Positions 34,088 to 44,644 of a stretch of DNA of 57,900 bases are shown one piece after another; the stretch's first letter is position 1; each line of letters begins with the position of its first letter. The notes below the pieces were generated by a model. That model was not told where the DNA came from. It saw only the letters and a program-made list of their open reading frames with translations, and did not search any database. The position numbers and the translations under genes are program-made. The stretch spans positions 1 to 57,900 of IMG/VR virus record IMGVR_UViG_3300037524_000679; one strand, 5' to 3'. This DNA comes from a virus. Taxonomy: Duplodnaviria > Caudoviricetes.

Positions 34088-36131
34088 TATGCCTAGTGCG
34101 AGAGCAGAGATTATAACTAGAAGAACATATAATAGAGAATTTGATGATGTACCTGGTACTTATGAAACTTGGGAACAAACAATAGATAGAGTAATAAACC
34201 ATCAACGCTGGCTGTGGGAAAGAGCCTTAACACATATGAAAATACCAGGTATGCCGTTACACGACATATCTGATGATATGATTGAGTGGGTTGAACTTAA
34301 CACAGAACAGGAAATGGAGCTTGAAGAATTAAGATTATTAATGCTAGAAAGGAAAGCTCTACCTAGTGGAAGAACGTTATGGTTAGGTGGAACAGATATT
34401 GCTAAGAAAAGAGAATCTAGTCAATTTAATTGCTCTCACGTAAATGTAGAAACTATTTATGATATGGTAGATGCCTTTTGGCTTCTATTACAGGGTTGTG
34501 GAGTTGGTGCAACTCCAGAAGTTGGAACATTAACTGGATTTAGAAAACCAATTCCAAATATTGAAATTATTAGATCGATTAGAGGTCCATACGATAAAGG
34601 TAGACCCGATAATGAAGAAACGTTTGTAGATGGAGTCTGGACTATATCAATTGGTGATAGCGCTGAAGCTTGGGCAAAAAGCATTGGAAAATTACTTGCG
34701 GGTAATTATAAAGCAGAAACTCTAATTATTGACTTTAGTCAAATTAGAGGAGCTGGCGGTAGACTACGTGGGTATGGATGGATTTCTAGTGGTGATGGAC
34801 CTATATCTATAGCATACCCTGCTATATGCAATATACTAAACAAAAGATCTGGAAGCTTGCTTAGAAAAACTGATATAGTAGAAATATTGAATTGGCTAGG
34901 CACAGTGTTGTCATCTAGGCGAAGTGCAGAAATTATGCTAGTTGACTATAATAGTGATGAGTGGTATAAGTTTGCTAAGTTTAAAGAGCATTGCTTTGAA
35001 GAAGGCTATAGACATAGACAGCAATCAAATAACTCATTAGTGTTCTATAGTAAGCCGACGAAGGAAGAGTTAACCAAGGTTTTTAATATGATGATTGAGG
35101 CTGGTGGTTCAGAGCCAGGTTTTTATAATGGTCAAACTGCTCTAATGAGAGCACCATGGTTTAAGGGAACTAATCCATGTGGTGAAATTTTATTAGCCAA
35201 TAAATCATTCTGTAATTTATCTGAAATAGATGTATCTAAATTTATAGGCGACTCCGCCGGATTATATAGAACTGCTATACTTATTGCAAGGGCTAATTAT
35301 AGGCAAACAGTAGTTGATTTTCGTGATGGAATACTACAGGAATCTTGGCATAAGAATAATGAGTTCTTAAGACTATGTGGTGTTGGAGTAACTGGTATTG
35401 CTCAACGAGATGATATGACTGCATATGATTGGCGCAGTTTAAAATATGCTATAGTTTGCTCAGCTAGAGGAATGGCAAAAGAATTAGGATTAGAACATCC
35501 TAAAAATGTTACTACTGTAAAGCCAAGTGGTACCCTTTCTAAAATTATGGATACTACTGAAGGCATACATAAACCTGGTGGAAGATATTTATTTAATTGG
35601 GTAAACTTTGGTATTCACGATCCTATAGTAGAAAAGCTAAGAGAAGCAAATTATTCATTACTACTTAATCCAGCATCTACTGATGGTATATTAGCTTGCC
35701 TTCCGGTAGAGTATGATAATATTCCATTCTCTAGTAAAGAAATTGTTAGAAAGGATGGTAGTAAGGAAATATTAGAAGTTAATGAAGAAAGTGCAATAGA
35801 TCAATTAGAAAGATATAAAAAGATTCAAGTAAATTACTGTGATCAAAATGTATCTAATACTATATATTATACTCCAGATGAAAAAGAAGATATAGTAGAT
35901 TGGTTATTAAATAATTGGGATATCTATGTTGGAGTTAGCTTCTTATTTAGAAATGATCCAACAGTAAGTGCAAAAGATTTAGGATATAATTACTTACCTC
36001 AAGAGTATGTTACAAAGGATAAGTTTTTTGAGTATGTTCAAAAGTTAAAACCTATAGATTGGTCTGGCACAAATACAGGCGATGAAATTGAAAATGATGA
36101 ATGTGTCTCTGGAGTTTGTCCTATTAAATAA
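34077..36131 (+). CDS. nrdJ: Class II (adenosylcobalamin-dependent) ribonucleotide reductase
   Basis: RRTYNR..ETW, NPCGEI, TTVKPSGT, C-terminal CVSGVCP; no beta subunit gene nearby. Confidence 0.85.
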   Translation: MESSMPSARAEIITRRTYNREFDDVPGTYETWEQTIDRVINHQRWLWERALTHMKIPGMPLHDISDDMIEWVELNTEQEMELEELRLLMLERKALPSGRTLWLGGTDIAKKRESSQFNCSHVNVETIYDMVDAFWLLLQGCGVGATPEVGTLTGFRKPIPNIEIIRSIRGPYDKGRPDNEETFVDGVWTISIGDSAEAWAKSIGKLLAGNYKAETLIIDFSQIRGAGGRLRGYGWISSGDGPISIAYPAICNILNKRSGSLLRKTDIVEILNWLGTVLSSRRSAEIMLVDYNSDEWYKFAKFKEHCFEEGYRHRQQSNNSLVFYSKPTKEELTKVFNMMIEAGGSEPGFYNGQTALMRAPWFKGTNPCGEILLANKSFCNLSEIDVSKFIGDSAGLYRTAILIARANYRQTVVDFRDGILQESWHKNNEFLRLCGVGVTGIAQRDDMTAYDWRSLKYAIVCSARGMAKELGLEHPKNVTTVKPSGTLSKIMDTTEGIHKPGGRYLFNWVNFGIHDPIVEKLREANYSLLLNPASTDGILACLPVEYDNIPFSSKEIVRKDGSKEILEVNEESAIDQLERYKKIQVNYCDQNVSNTIYYTPDEKEDIVDWLLNNWDIYVGVSFLFRNDPTVSAKDLGYNYLPQEYVTKDKFFEYVQKLKPIDWSGTNTGDEIENDECVSGVCPIK

Positions 36132-36133
36132 AG

Positions 36134-36171
36134 AAAAAGCCCGCATAGTTTTTGCTATGCGGGCTTTTTTT
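36134..36171. terminator. Bidirectional terminator between convergent modules
   Basis: AAAAA-GCCCGCATAG/CTATGCGGGC-TTTTTTT. Confidence 0.9.
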
Positions 36172-37246
36172 ATGCCAAATCTCCTGATAAGTGCCAAGTG
36201 TTTGGACTTCCATTTACTATTTTACTAACAACTGCTTCTCCATATCTTGTAGATATAGAAACATAACTACTTTTACTTTCTATAGTATCAGTACCTTGAA
36301 TTACAAAAGTTACTGTACCAGTACCTCTACGAATTACTCTACAATGAAATCCCTTAGCAATACTTTCTGTAGAAGTCTGTGGTAATGTAACATTTAAATT
36401 ACTAGAAGAATTAATAATTATAATCTTTCCTGAATCATTGCCTGTTAAAGTATATGCAATGACTTTCTCATCAACTACTTTATGATATGGATATAGTTCT
36501 TTATCATTAGTAATATAAACCGAACTTCCTTTTATATTATCACCAGTAGCATCTGCCCAACGAACTATTTCATTAGTATTGGAAGTAGCTGGTCCTAATA
36601 CATCTCCAGCACCAGTAGCAGCAGCTACTTCTTTCCAAACTGAAGATCCAAGTGTAGAGTCTACACACATGTAAGCTTTATCAGTATTAACATTTACCCA
36701 TATAGATCCTATAGAATATCCATCTCCAGAATCATCAGAACTTGTTGGAGCAGCTGTAGCTATTAAATTTTGTTTCGCCAGTGTATAGTCAGAATTTGGT
36801 ATAATTAAATCAACGGTTGAAGAAGCAGGTATATTATCTACATTAAATTTAAGTTTTGAAGTTATATCAGTATTCTTATATACTTCTAAGGAATTAGCAT
36901 TAAAAATAGAAGAAACAGATAACGGTCCCCAAACACTACCATTCCAATAAAGAAAATCATTGTTATAATTATTAAAACATCTCCAACCTATTTTTGGAGC
37001 TATAAATTTCCAACCATTATAATAATAAGCTATATAATTCTCTTTTCCTAACCAATCACCAGTAGCTGTTGCATCTACTATATATACATCACCATCTACA
37101 GCACCAGGTGGTGTATTTAATTGGTTTGAAATTACATTTAATTGTACAATAATATCTAAAGTCTCTAAATTATTATTGTATATTATCTCTGCACCAAATT
37201 GGTTACTTTCTAATATATCTAAATTTGTATTTACCGTTTTTGCCAT
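36170..37246 (-). CDS. Tail fibre-like protein with DUF2793-like N-terminal domain
   Basis: PP..DGDVYIV..ATGDW.GK..IA..GWKFIAPKIGW. Confidence 0.75.
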   Translation of the reverse strand: MAKTVNTNLDILESNQFGAEIIYNNNLETLDIIVQLNVISNQLNTPPGAVDGDVYIVDATATGDWLGKENYIAYYYNGWKFIAPKIGWRCFNNYNNDFLYWNGSVWGPLSVSSIFNANSLEVYKNTDITSKLKFNVDNIPASSTVDLIIPNSDYTLAKQNLIATAAPTSSDDSGDGYSIGSIWVNVNTDKAYMCVDSTLGSSVWKEVAAATGAGDVLGPATSNTNEIVRWADATGDNIKGSSVYITNDKELYPYHKVVDEKVIAYTLTGNDSGKIIIINSSSNLNVTLPQTSTESIAKGFHCRVIRRGTGTVTFVIQGTDTIESKSSYVSISTRYGEAVVSKIVNGSPNTWHLSGDLA

Positions 37247-40200
37247 TTATTTACTCCTGCATCATATAGCCCTATTATTTTACTAAAATTACCCCCGCCC
37301 TCTAAATATAAGTCTTTATTAAAATACATTAAATTTTGTAATGCATGTTTATTATCTGGATGTGTAGAAGTAAATAATTTTGTAGTTCCAGCAATAAGTG
37401 GCCTAGCCCAGACATTCCAAGCGCCACCAGCAGAAGATTTTTCATAGGTGCCATCTAATGTTTTAGCAAAAAAAGAAACTTTTGCTAAATTATAATCTCT
37501 AGATACACAAACAAACATCCATTTACCATATTGTATATCAATATCAAATACATTAGTTTGAGTCATATCTCTTATCATTAATTTATCATTTCCCCAACCA
37601 TTATCAGTAGAAAAAACTATAGAATCACCATCATAAGGAGGAAATGGAATGTCATATATATTAGTTTGTAATATATAAGATTCTTGCCAAATTACATCAA
37701 CATCTATTTTTAACCATGCAGCTATTGTCCAACTAGTTGTAGTATCACTTATATCAAAGGTTAATTCTTCAAATCTTTTTGGATATAAGGAATTCAATCC
37801 ATACATGCCATTAGTTTTGCTTATAACTCCAGTACCATTATAATTATTATAAGTTATATTACTTGTTCCATACGTTGGAGCACTAATTAATTGATTTACA
37901 TTTGAAGACTCTAAAAAGTAGACCAAAGAATTATTACTAATTGCTTGTAAAAATGCAACGTTTAAATCTGGAGAATAACTAATTTCATCAATTACATCAT
38001 GGTTGTACTCTAAGAATGTTGCCTTTCTTTGAATTTTAAAAATAATAGTATCTAAATTAACATCAAACCCATCAGTAGCTATATCAGCTGCTAAATATGT
38101 ATAAGAATCAGTGATTACATTTGTAGCTGTACGTATTAAATTATTATTAACATCATATATTTTTACTGTATATTCTTTTGGATCTATTAAATCTGGATCC
38201 ATTAATAATTGTTTAGGTTTATTTCTTTCTCTACTCATCCAACTAACTAATATATCTCCACTATCTAAAGATGTACTTAAGTGAGCTACATTATAAGGTT
38301 TAAACCAGTTACACTGTAAAGTAAATGGCTTAATTTGAGCAGAATTTAATGGTTGATTCAAAGATACTAGTTTGTAGTCTACTGTCTTATTATAATAGGT
38401 GGTGGAAACTGGTAACATAGTAGTGCCTTCTGGCAATAAAATAACCGTATCACCAACCGAAATAGGTAAAGTATAATTAGAATTATATATACCCCTATTA
38501 AGATTTGAAAAAGTAATAATTTGACTATTATTTGGGTCTTTTTCTAAATTTTGATACTGAATAAATTCTATAGTATCAGAAGATTTTTTAAGTACTGCTA
38601 ATAAATTTCCTTCCCTATAATAATAATCGTCGTCTGATACCATATAAAAATCACTAGCACTATTTCTGTATATAGTTATATTATTGTTTGTATCCTTAAA
38701 ACTATTGCTAATTGGAACATTTGTACAATTAAAAACAGTGCCTACAGGAGCAGACATTGGCCCAACAGAAGTCATTAGCCCAAAAGATAATCTATCATAG
38801 CTAACATATAATCCGGCTCCCCTCCAAAAACTACTATTAGAATAGTGTGTACAATAAATTCTAGGGTCTAAATAGTCTATGTTTGTGTATTTATTATAAA
38901 GTGGATAAGTATCTAAAAGTATAGATTCTGTTTCTGCTATAGGTACTAATGTATTTACTTTTGTTTCTAAAGCACCATCATTTATAAGGCCTTCTAGGTT
39001 TCTTGCGTCTTCTTCAATTGCTTTTACTTCTAAATATGATGTAGAAATAGCTGTAATTTCTGCTACTTTAACAACTAAGTACTCATTTGTATTTTGAGAA
39101 GCTCCTACTGGCAATAATAATAAATCACCTGGCTCTATATAAGAATATTTTTTTGGAAGTCTAAAATCATATTCCTTAGTTGATCTCCATATATCAAATA
39201 ATATTCTAAATGAGTTTGAATATGCCTCTGTAGTTCTTAAAGACATTGGGCATTTAATACTAGTTTTAATTTGTGTATTAAAATCAATATTTCTTATAGC
39301 AATAACATTAGCAAGTGAAAAACCATTTTCAACTGAAACATAAGTATAAGTTAATGATTGTGGTAATTCAATATCTTCTCTTAATGTAATTTTATATCTT
39401 TCTGTATAATTTTCCCCAAGTTCTTTAACACCTAATTCACTTACATTTATTGTAGTGATAAGATTATTATCTATATTTTCTTTTCTTGTTCTATATTTAA
39501 TTTTCCAATCACTTTCGAACGCATCAATAAAATAATGCATTAATAAGCTTTCTAAGGCATCAACTAATTTTATATCATCAGATATATTATAACCATATAC
39601 CTTAGTATTATATGCAGGATCAGATATATCTAAAAGTGATAGATCTATATTGGCCTTTTCGGATATATCTTCTACTATCTCTCCTAGTAGTGCCTCTAAA
39701 GAAGTTATTTGCCTTTGTATATAATATACACCACCAGTTAAAAAGCACCCTATAAAATCAGTACCGTAAGGAAAAACATTTTGTAATGTTGTTCCTGCAA
39801 ATAATTCTTGTGTTTCTCCACCAAATAATAAATCATATGAATAAATATATGCATTATTTTTTGAATAATATATTTTTTGTAATCCTCTATCCCAGTAAGC
39901 TGTACTTGGTATTAATACATTATTTGATTGTTCTAAAAATGCTTGATTATTTATTTCTACTTTGTTATTATCTATATCTGCTCCATAATAACCATTTGGA
40001 TCTGTATTTGGATCTGCAAATTTTCTTGTTATTATAGAAAATTGATTTACTGCTTGTGGTACATATGTACTATCATTATAATATTCCAATGGTTTTGATT
40101 TTCTAACTAACCAACTTCTATTAAAAGTTAAAAAATTTGCATAAAAATGGTTAGTAAGATTAAAAGCATGTGGTAAATTTTCTGCATATGGATATTTTCT

Positions 40201-42096
40201 ATATATTTTTTGATATGAAGGACCAAATGGTGGATTATCCCAATTAATAGATAGTAGTTCTGCTCCATTAGTAAATCTTAACCAATAAGTAATATTTACA
40301 ACATTATTTGTTCTATAATCAGCATCTTCAATGTAAGATACAAATACTGCTCTTCTATCTAATATTAACATATTAGCATCATAAGGCGGTCCAACCGATG
40401 GTGAAGCTGGATCTGCATCCCATTGTGATATTTTTGGACCAAGTATTGCAGGATACTTAATAGTAATAGGATTTCCTGTACTAGTACCTTGAAAAGAATC
40501 GTCAACGCAACTATAAGCATTTATAGTTTCGTTTATTTCTATAGATACGAAACATGCTTTATCTTGCTCTAATTCATCTAGTATTGAATGTGTATAATTT
40601 TCATGTTTAATTTGTGCACTTTCCCAATTAGTAGTAAAAGTACTGTGAACTTCAATAATTTTGTATAAATAACTTGTTACTGTATATGACCCGTATGGAT
40701 TTAAAGCACAATCAATATCTTTGGTACTCTTCCCCCTAGGAAATCCTAATAAATGTACATAAAATGATTCGGCTGCTGGAACTCCAGAAGAGATTATTAA
40801 TTGAGTAGTACCTCCACCACCTTCAGGGTTATATGAAGAATAAGTCTCTATAGAATCTTTTGAAAAGCCATAATTATCAATTCTAGTAGGATCTAATTGT
40901 GGCCAAGCAAATGCAGTATCAATTCTTGTACTTAGAAAAACAGATGTACCATCAATATTTCTTACACCATTAAAAGAATTATTATAAATTCCAGAAAAAT
41001 ATGGATAAATAAATGAACCGCTACCATATAGATCAGGCAATTCAACAGAACCAATTCTACTATTATTAATTAAATTATATGCATAAAATCCATACCTCCA
41101 ATACACAGCTTGTTTATATTGCCAAGCATTATTATTAGTAAATACAATAGCTGGTACATATCTATACTTATTACCCATATAACTTACTTTTAAATATACA
41201 TAATGTGTTGTAAATGGATTATTTGCAGTATATTCAAGTGATTGATAAGATACTCTAGGGGCATAAAATTTAGTTATTTGGCTTGTAGGTACATCTAGCC
41301 TAGCATATGCTAAGCCATTAGAATTAGAAACAGGAAATATATAAGAGTCTTGCATTCCTGGAAGGGGTAAAAAGCTAAATTTATGATTTGTATTCCAAGC
41401 GCCTGTAGGATCTGGTGGATGGTCATTACCATAGTCTTGATATATAGCATCTATTTGAGGATATTTATAAACCTTACTACTAGGATTTCCTTTTCCTACA
41501 ACCTCAAATTCTATAGATTGTGGTACTCTTCTACCAAACGGGTCTAATTGAAATCTGTCAAATACTACATATGCTAAACCTCTATGTGCGGATACTACAT
41601 CATACCCTAAATGTGCTTGTAATAATGGTGCTGGAAGTTGAGTTTCGTCACCAGGATATATAGTAAAGGATAACCAACCTACCTGTTTTGGAACAGAGTC
41701 AATATTATATATTAATTCTTTATTTGCCCATATTTTTCTTATTTCTAATATTGGACCTTCACAAATACCTACTGCCATATCACAATCGTAAGTATAAGTT
41801 ACCTCTGTATGAGTTGTTTTTTCTCCACCACCTTTACCACCCTCCTCCATCTCTGTTTCTGTAGAGTGTGTAGTTTCTCTAAGATCTGAACACCAAAATA
41901 CTGTTCCTGATACTCTAGTAGTACCATAAGTTAAATTTATTACATTATTTTGAATATCTTTAATTGCAGGCTTTAAATTATCTAACCTTGGTCCATAGCT
42001 AATAGTATCTTTAGGCTTTGGTGCAAATAGCAACATTAATGCCAAGTTAAAAATTATACCAAATATCATTTGGCCCATACCACCGCCCATTGCCAT
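37231..42096 (-). CDS. Large tail tip / host-specificity protein (GTA megatron-like) with LamG-like C-terminus
   Basis: AVGICEGPI..IWAN, AHRGLAYVVF..FGRRVP; follows NlpC gene. Confidence 0.8.
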   Translation of the reverse strand: MAMGGGMGQMIFGIIFNLALMLLFAPKPKDTISYGPRLDNLKPAIKDIQNNVINLTYGTTRVSGTVFWCSDLRETTHSTETEMEEGGKGGGEKTTHTEVTYTYDCDMAVGICEGPILEIRKIWANKELIYNIDSVPKQVGWLSFTIYPGDETQLPAPLLQAHLGYDVVSAHRGLAYVVFDRFQLDPFGRRVPQSIEFEVVGKGNPSSKVYKYPQIDAIYQDYGNDHPPDPTGAWNTNHKFSFLPLPGMQDSYIFPVSNSNGLAYARLDVPTSQITKFYAPRVSYQSLEYTANNPFTTHYVYLKVSYMGNKYRYVPAIVFTNNNAWQYKQAVYWRYGFYAYNLINNSRIGSVELPDLYGSGSFIYPYFSGIYNNSFNGVRNIDGTSVFLSTRIDTAFAWPQLDPTRIDNYGFSKDSIETYSSYNPEGGGGTTQLIISSGVPAAESFYVHLLGFPRGKSTKDIDCALNPYGSYTVTSYLYKIIEVHSTFTTNWESAQIKHENYTHSILDELEQDKACFVSIEINETINAYSCVDDSFQGTSTGNPITIKYPAILGPKISQWDADPASPSVGPPYDANMLILDRRAVFVSYIEDADYRTNNVVNITYWLRFTNGAELLSINWDNPPFGPSYQKIYRKYPYAENLPHAFNLTNHFYANFLTFNRSWLVRKSKPLEYYNDSTYVPQAVNQFSIITRKFADPNTDPNGYYGADIDNNKVEINNQAFLEQSNNVLIPSTAYWDRGLQKIYYSKNNAYIYSYDLLFGGETQELFAGTTLQNVFPYGTDFIGCFLTGGVYYIQRQITSLEALLGEIVEDISEKANIDLSLLDISDPAYNTKVYGYNISDDIKLVDALESLLMHYFIDAFESDWKIKYRTRKENIDNNLITTINVSELGVKELGENYTERYKITLREDIELPQSLTYTYVSVENGFSLANVIAIRNIDFNTQIKTSIKCPMSLRTTEAYSNSFRILFDIWRSTKEYDFRLPKKYSYIEPGDLLLLPVGASQNTNEYLVVKVAEITAISTSYLEVKAIEEDARNLEGLINDGALETKVNTLVPIAETESILLDTYPLYNKYTNIDYLDPRIYCTHYSNSSFWRGAGLYVSYDRLSFGLMTSVGPMSAPVGTVFNCTNVPISNSFKDTNNNITIYRNSASDFYMVSDDDYYYREGNLLAVLKKSSDTIEFIQYQNLEKDPNNSQIITFSNLNRGIYNSNYTLPISVGDTVILLPEGTTMLPVSTTYYNKTVDYKLVSLNQPLNSAQIKPFTLQCNWFKPYNVAHLSTSLDSGDILVSWMSRERNKPKQLLMDPDLIDPKEYTVKIYDVNNNLIRTATNVITDSYTYLAADIATDGFDVNLDTIIFKIQRKATFLEYNHDVIDEISYSPDLNVAFLQAISNNSLVYFLESSNVNQLISAPTYGTSNITYNNYNGTGVISKTNGMYGLNSLYPKRFEELTFDISDTTTSWTIAAWLKIDVDVIWQESYILQTNIYDIPFPPYDGDSIVFSTDNGWGNDKLMIRDMTQTNVFDIDIQYGKWMFVCVSRDYNLAKVSFFAKTLDGTYEKSSAGGAWNVWARPLIAGTTKLFTSTHPDNKHALQNLMYFNKDLYLEGGGNFSKIIGLYDAGVNKWQKR

Positions 42097-42100
42097 GATA

Positions 42101-42520
42101 CTATATCTCCTCTTTATACCTAAAAACTTTTGTAATTAAGTTAAACCAATACTCATCTAAATCATGTTCTACAACTTTTCCTACTAAATTACTAGAATGT
42201 ATTATTGATTTTCCTGTATATATTGCTAAATGTTGTGATCTATCTTTTGATATTAAAAGTATATCTCCAGGCTCTAAGTCGAGACCAGGCCAAGTAATTT
42301 CATAACAATACTTAGAAAGAACTTCTATAATTTCTCCACCTAATCCATGCCTTTTATAATTTTTATTGTCTATATCAACAAAATCAATATTTTTTAATGG
42401 TGTTACAATTATACCAATACAATCTAATCCATTTTTATCTCTTCCTTGATGTTTAAAAGGAACTCCAATATATTTTCTAGCTTCTTCTAAATATTTTTGA
42501 ACTAATTCTTCTTTTTTCAT
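42101..42520 (-). CDS. NlpC/P60 tail peptidase
   Basis: YIGVPFKHQGR..GLDCIG..HLAI. Confidence 0.88.
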   Translation of the reverse strand: MKKEELVQKYLEEARKYIGVPFKHQGRDKNGLDCIGIIVTPLKNIDFVDIDNKNYKRHGLGGEIIEVLSKYCYEITWPGLDLEPGDILLISKDRSQHLAIYTGKSIIHSSNLVGKVVEHDLDEYWFNLITKVFRYKEEI

Positions 42521-44001
42521 GGTACTGGATTCAATACTATTGCATTATTATTCTGTGGATTTTCCTCAGATGATTTTTCAGCGACAAATCCTGATAATAA
42601 GACATCCTCGTTTGGAAGATAGGGCTCACCCCTAAAGTTTATAACATTATTAAATTTAACTTTACAATGACCACTAGCAGTGGTATTATAAACTCTCGTA
42701 AATTGCATAGATGGTGGTTGTGAACCCGACGACGTAGTAGATACTGAAATACTAGATGATGCAATAACATCATCTTTTGTTATTAATAAGTGATTACATC
42801 CCGGTGTCATTTTAAATGTATCACCGTCTTGTATATCATAAGGCATTGGTAAAGCTAACTCTATATTTCCGCCAGTACTAGAATAAATTATTTCTGTTTG
42901 TAATCCAGTGTTAGCTCCAGTTAACCAAGTTATATTGCCATATTGATAATAGTTAGATACATTTCCAGATGCAGCAACATCATTAGATAGAAATTTATAC
43001 CTACTTGCAGTATCTTGTGCTAATATAATACCTAAAGGTATATAAACTAAATTATTATTTCTATATGCACTAGTTATGATATTTATTACTGTGTACCAAG
43101 TATATCCATTTATAGATCTACTAATGTCTACTTTACTAATATTATTATTATTATAACTATAATTATCTTCAATAGCTATATATCCAACACTAACTGCTTG
43201 CCCAAAATCAACTACTAATGATGTAGTAGTATAATTAGTTGTATTTAAGCATACAAAAGTTGTTGAATCGCCATCTATTAAATTACTTAATGGTCTGCTA
43301 ATATTATCAGAACATTTAAGATCATCAGTTCCTGTTTGTGTAATTCCTATAGGAGTTATTTCATTTCCTACCCTATCAAAAAATTTAATATTTTTTACTT
43401 GTACTTCTTGAGCTATTGTAGTAGTAAGTGTTAATAATAAATGAGATCCAAGTATTGTTGCAGAGTTAGTTATTTGGTTAACTGCTCCATATAAAGTATA
43501 ACTACTTAAATCTATTCCACATTTACTATCACCCAATCTAGCTCTACATATTTTTCCATAGTAATTAGCATAAAGAGTATCATATCTTTTTGACATACCC
43601 CTTATTTCCATTTTAAAAGTATCATCTGTTAATTCAATTTCACCTACAGTACCAAAAAGTATTTTATTTTTACCAGCAGCTAAATTTTTATAATCTACAG
43701 AAAATACCCAAACTAATGCTCCATAAAACAAGTTTTTTATAATATCAAAGTCATATATATTTAAAAAATCTACTGCTCCTTCTATCTCCATATTTTCAAT
43801 TTGTAATCCTAAAGCTGAACTATACGCAGTAGGATTAAATGCATATGAAGACTTATATATTTCATTATCAATTACTAAATCTTTATCAAGACTTGTAAAA
43901 GTATAAGTTGTACCATCTAGTCTTTGTATTTTTATACAATTAGTTATTGTTGTTACCCTTGTATCATATGAATTTTTTAAATCTTGTGAAAATGTTTTCA
44001 T
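42517..44001 (-). CDS. Baseplate hub protein (DUF2163/BR0599-like) with inserted domain
   Basis: IQRLDG..FT, CRARLGD..CG, GC..C..KFNNVINFRGEPYLP. Confidence 0.8.
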   Translation of the reverse strand: MKTFSQDLKNSYDTRVTTITNCIKIQRLDGTTYTFTSLDKDLVIDNEIYKSSYAFNPTAYSSALGLQIENMEIEGAVDFLNIYDFDIIKNLFYGALVWVFSVDYKNLAAGKNKILFGTVGEIELTDDTFKMEIRGMSKRYDTLYANYYGKICRARLGDSKCGIDLSSYTLYGAVNQITNSATILGSHLLLTLTTTIAQEVQVKNIKFFDRVGNEITPIGITQTGTDDLKCSDNISRPLSNLIDGDSTTFVCLNTTNYTTTSLVVDFGQAVSVGYIAIEDNYSYNNNNISKVDISRSINGYTWYTVINIITSAYRNNNLVYIPLGIILAQDTASRYKFLSNDVAASGNVSNYYQYGNITWLTGANTGLQTEIIYSSTGGNIELALPMPYDIQDGDTFKMTPGCNHLLITKDDVIASSSISVSTTSSGSQPPSMQFTRVYNTTASGHCKVKFNNVINFRGEPYLPNEDVLLSGFVAEKSSEENPQNNNAIVLNPVP

Positions 44002-44642
44002 TCTAATCTTACCTCTATAAGTGGTATATTAGTAGAACCATGTTCAAAAAAGTCTAATGATATTTGTAACTCATCAACATCAAATCTACATGGTAAATCG
44101 AATTCTCCACCCCAAGTAAGTACATCTCCAACACTTGGAATAGTTGTAAATGTTACTATTCCAGTAGTTGTATCAACTACATAATCTACATTTATAGTTT
44201 TTATATTATTGTTGATTGCTACAATAACTGTATTGGGAACTGGTTTTTTTATAATGTATTCCAAAGTTAAGCTAGATATACCATAAAGCTCATATCTTTT
44301 TATTAGTTGAAATTCTGACTCTACTCCATCACCAACACCAAATACTTGGTCATAAGGAGTAATATTATCCTCAACATCACAACTTTTATAATCTAACCAA
44401 TTTTTATATCTAAACTGATGTGCTCTGCCTCTACATAAATGGAAAAATCTTATTAAATCTGAGAGTTCGCTCATAGAGCGAACTCCCATTGCAACATTAA
44501 ATTCGTGCCTAGAATTTTCCCAATTAATATTAGCATACTCTTGTCCAGAATCAGATATAACTAAAGTCGTATTATATTTGGGCCCACCAACAGATCCATA
44601 GGATATATTATCTGGAAATCTTGGACTTTCAATAAATGCCAT
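43998..44642 (-). CDS. Distal tail protein (DUF2460-like)
   Basis: RFPDNISYGSVGGP, FF..RGRA..FR, EFDLPCRFD. Confidence 0.82.
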   Translation of the reverse strand: MAFIESPRFPDNISYGSVGGPKYNTTLVISDSGQEYANINWENSRHEFNVAMGVRSMSELSDLIRFFHLCRGRAHQFRYKNWLDYKSCDVEDNITPYDQVFGVGDGVESEFQLIKRYELYGISSLTLEYIIKKPVPNTVIVAINNNIKTINVDYVVDTTTGIVTFTTIPSVGDVLTWGGEFDLPCRFDVDELQISLDFFEHGSTNIPLIEVRLE

Positions 44643-44644
44643 AT

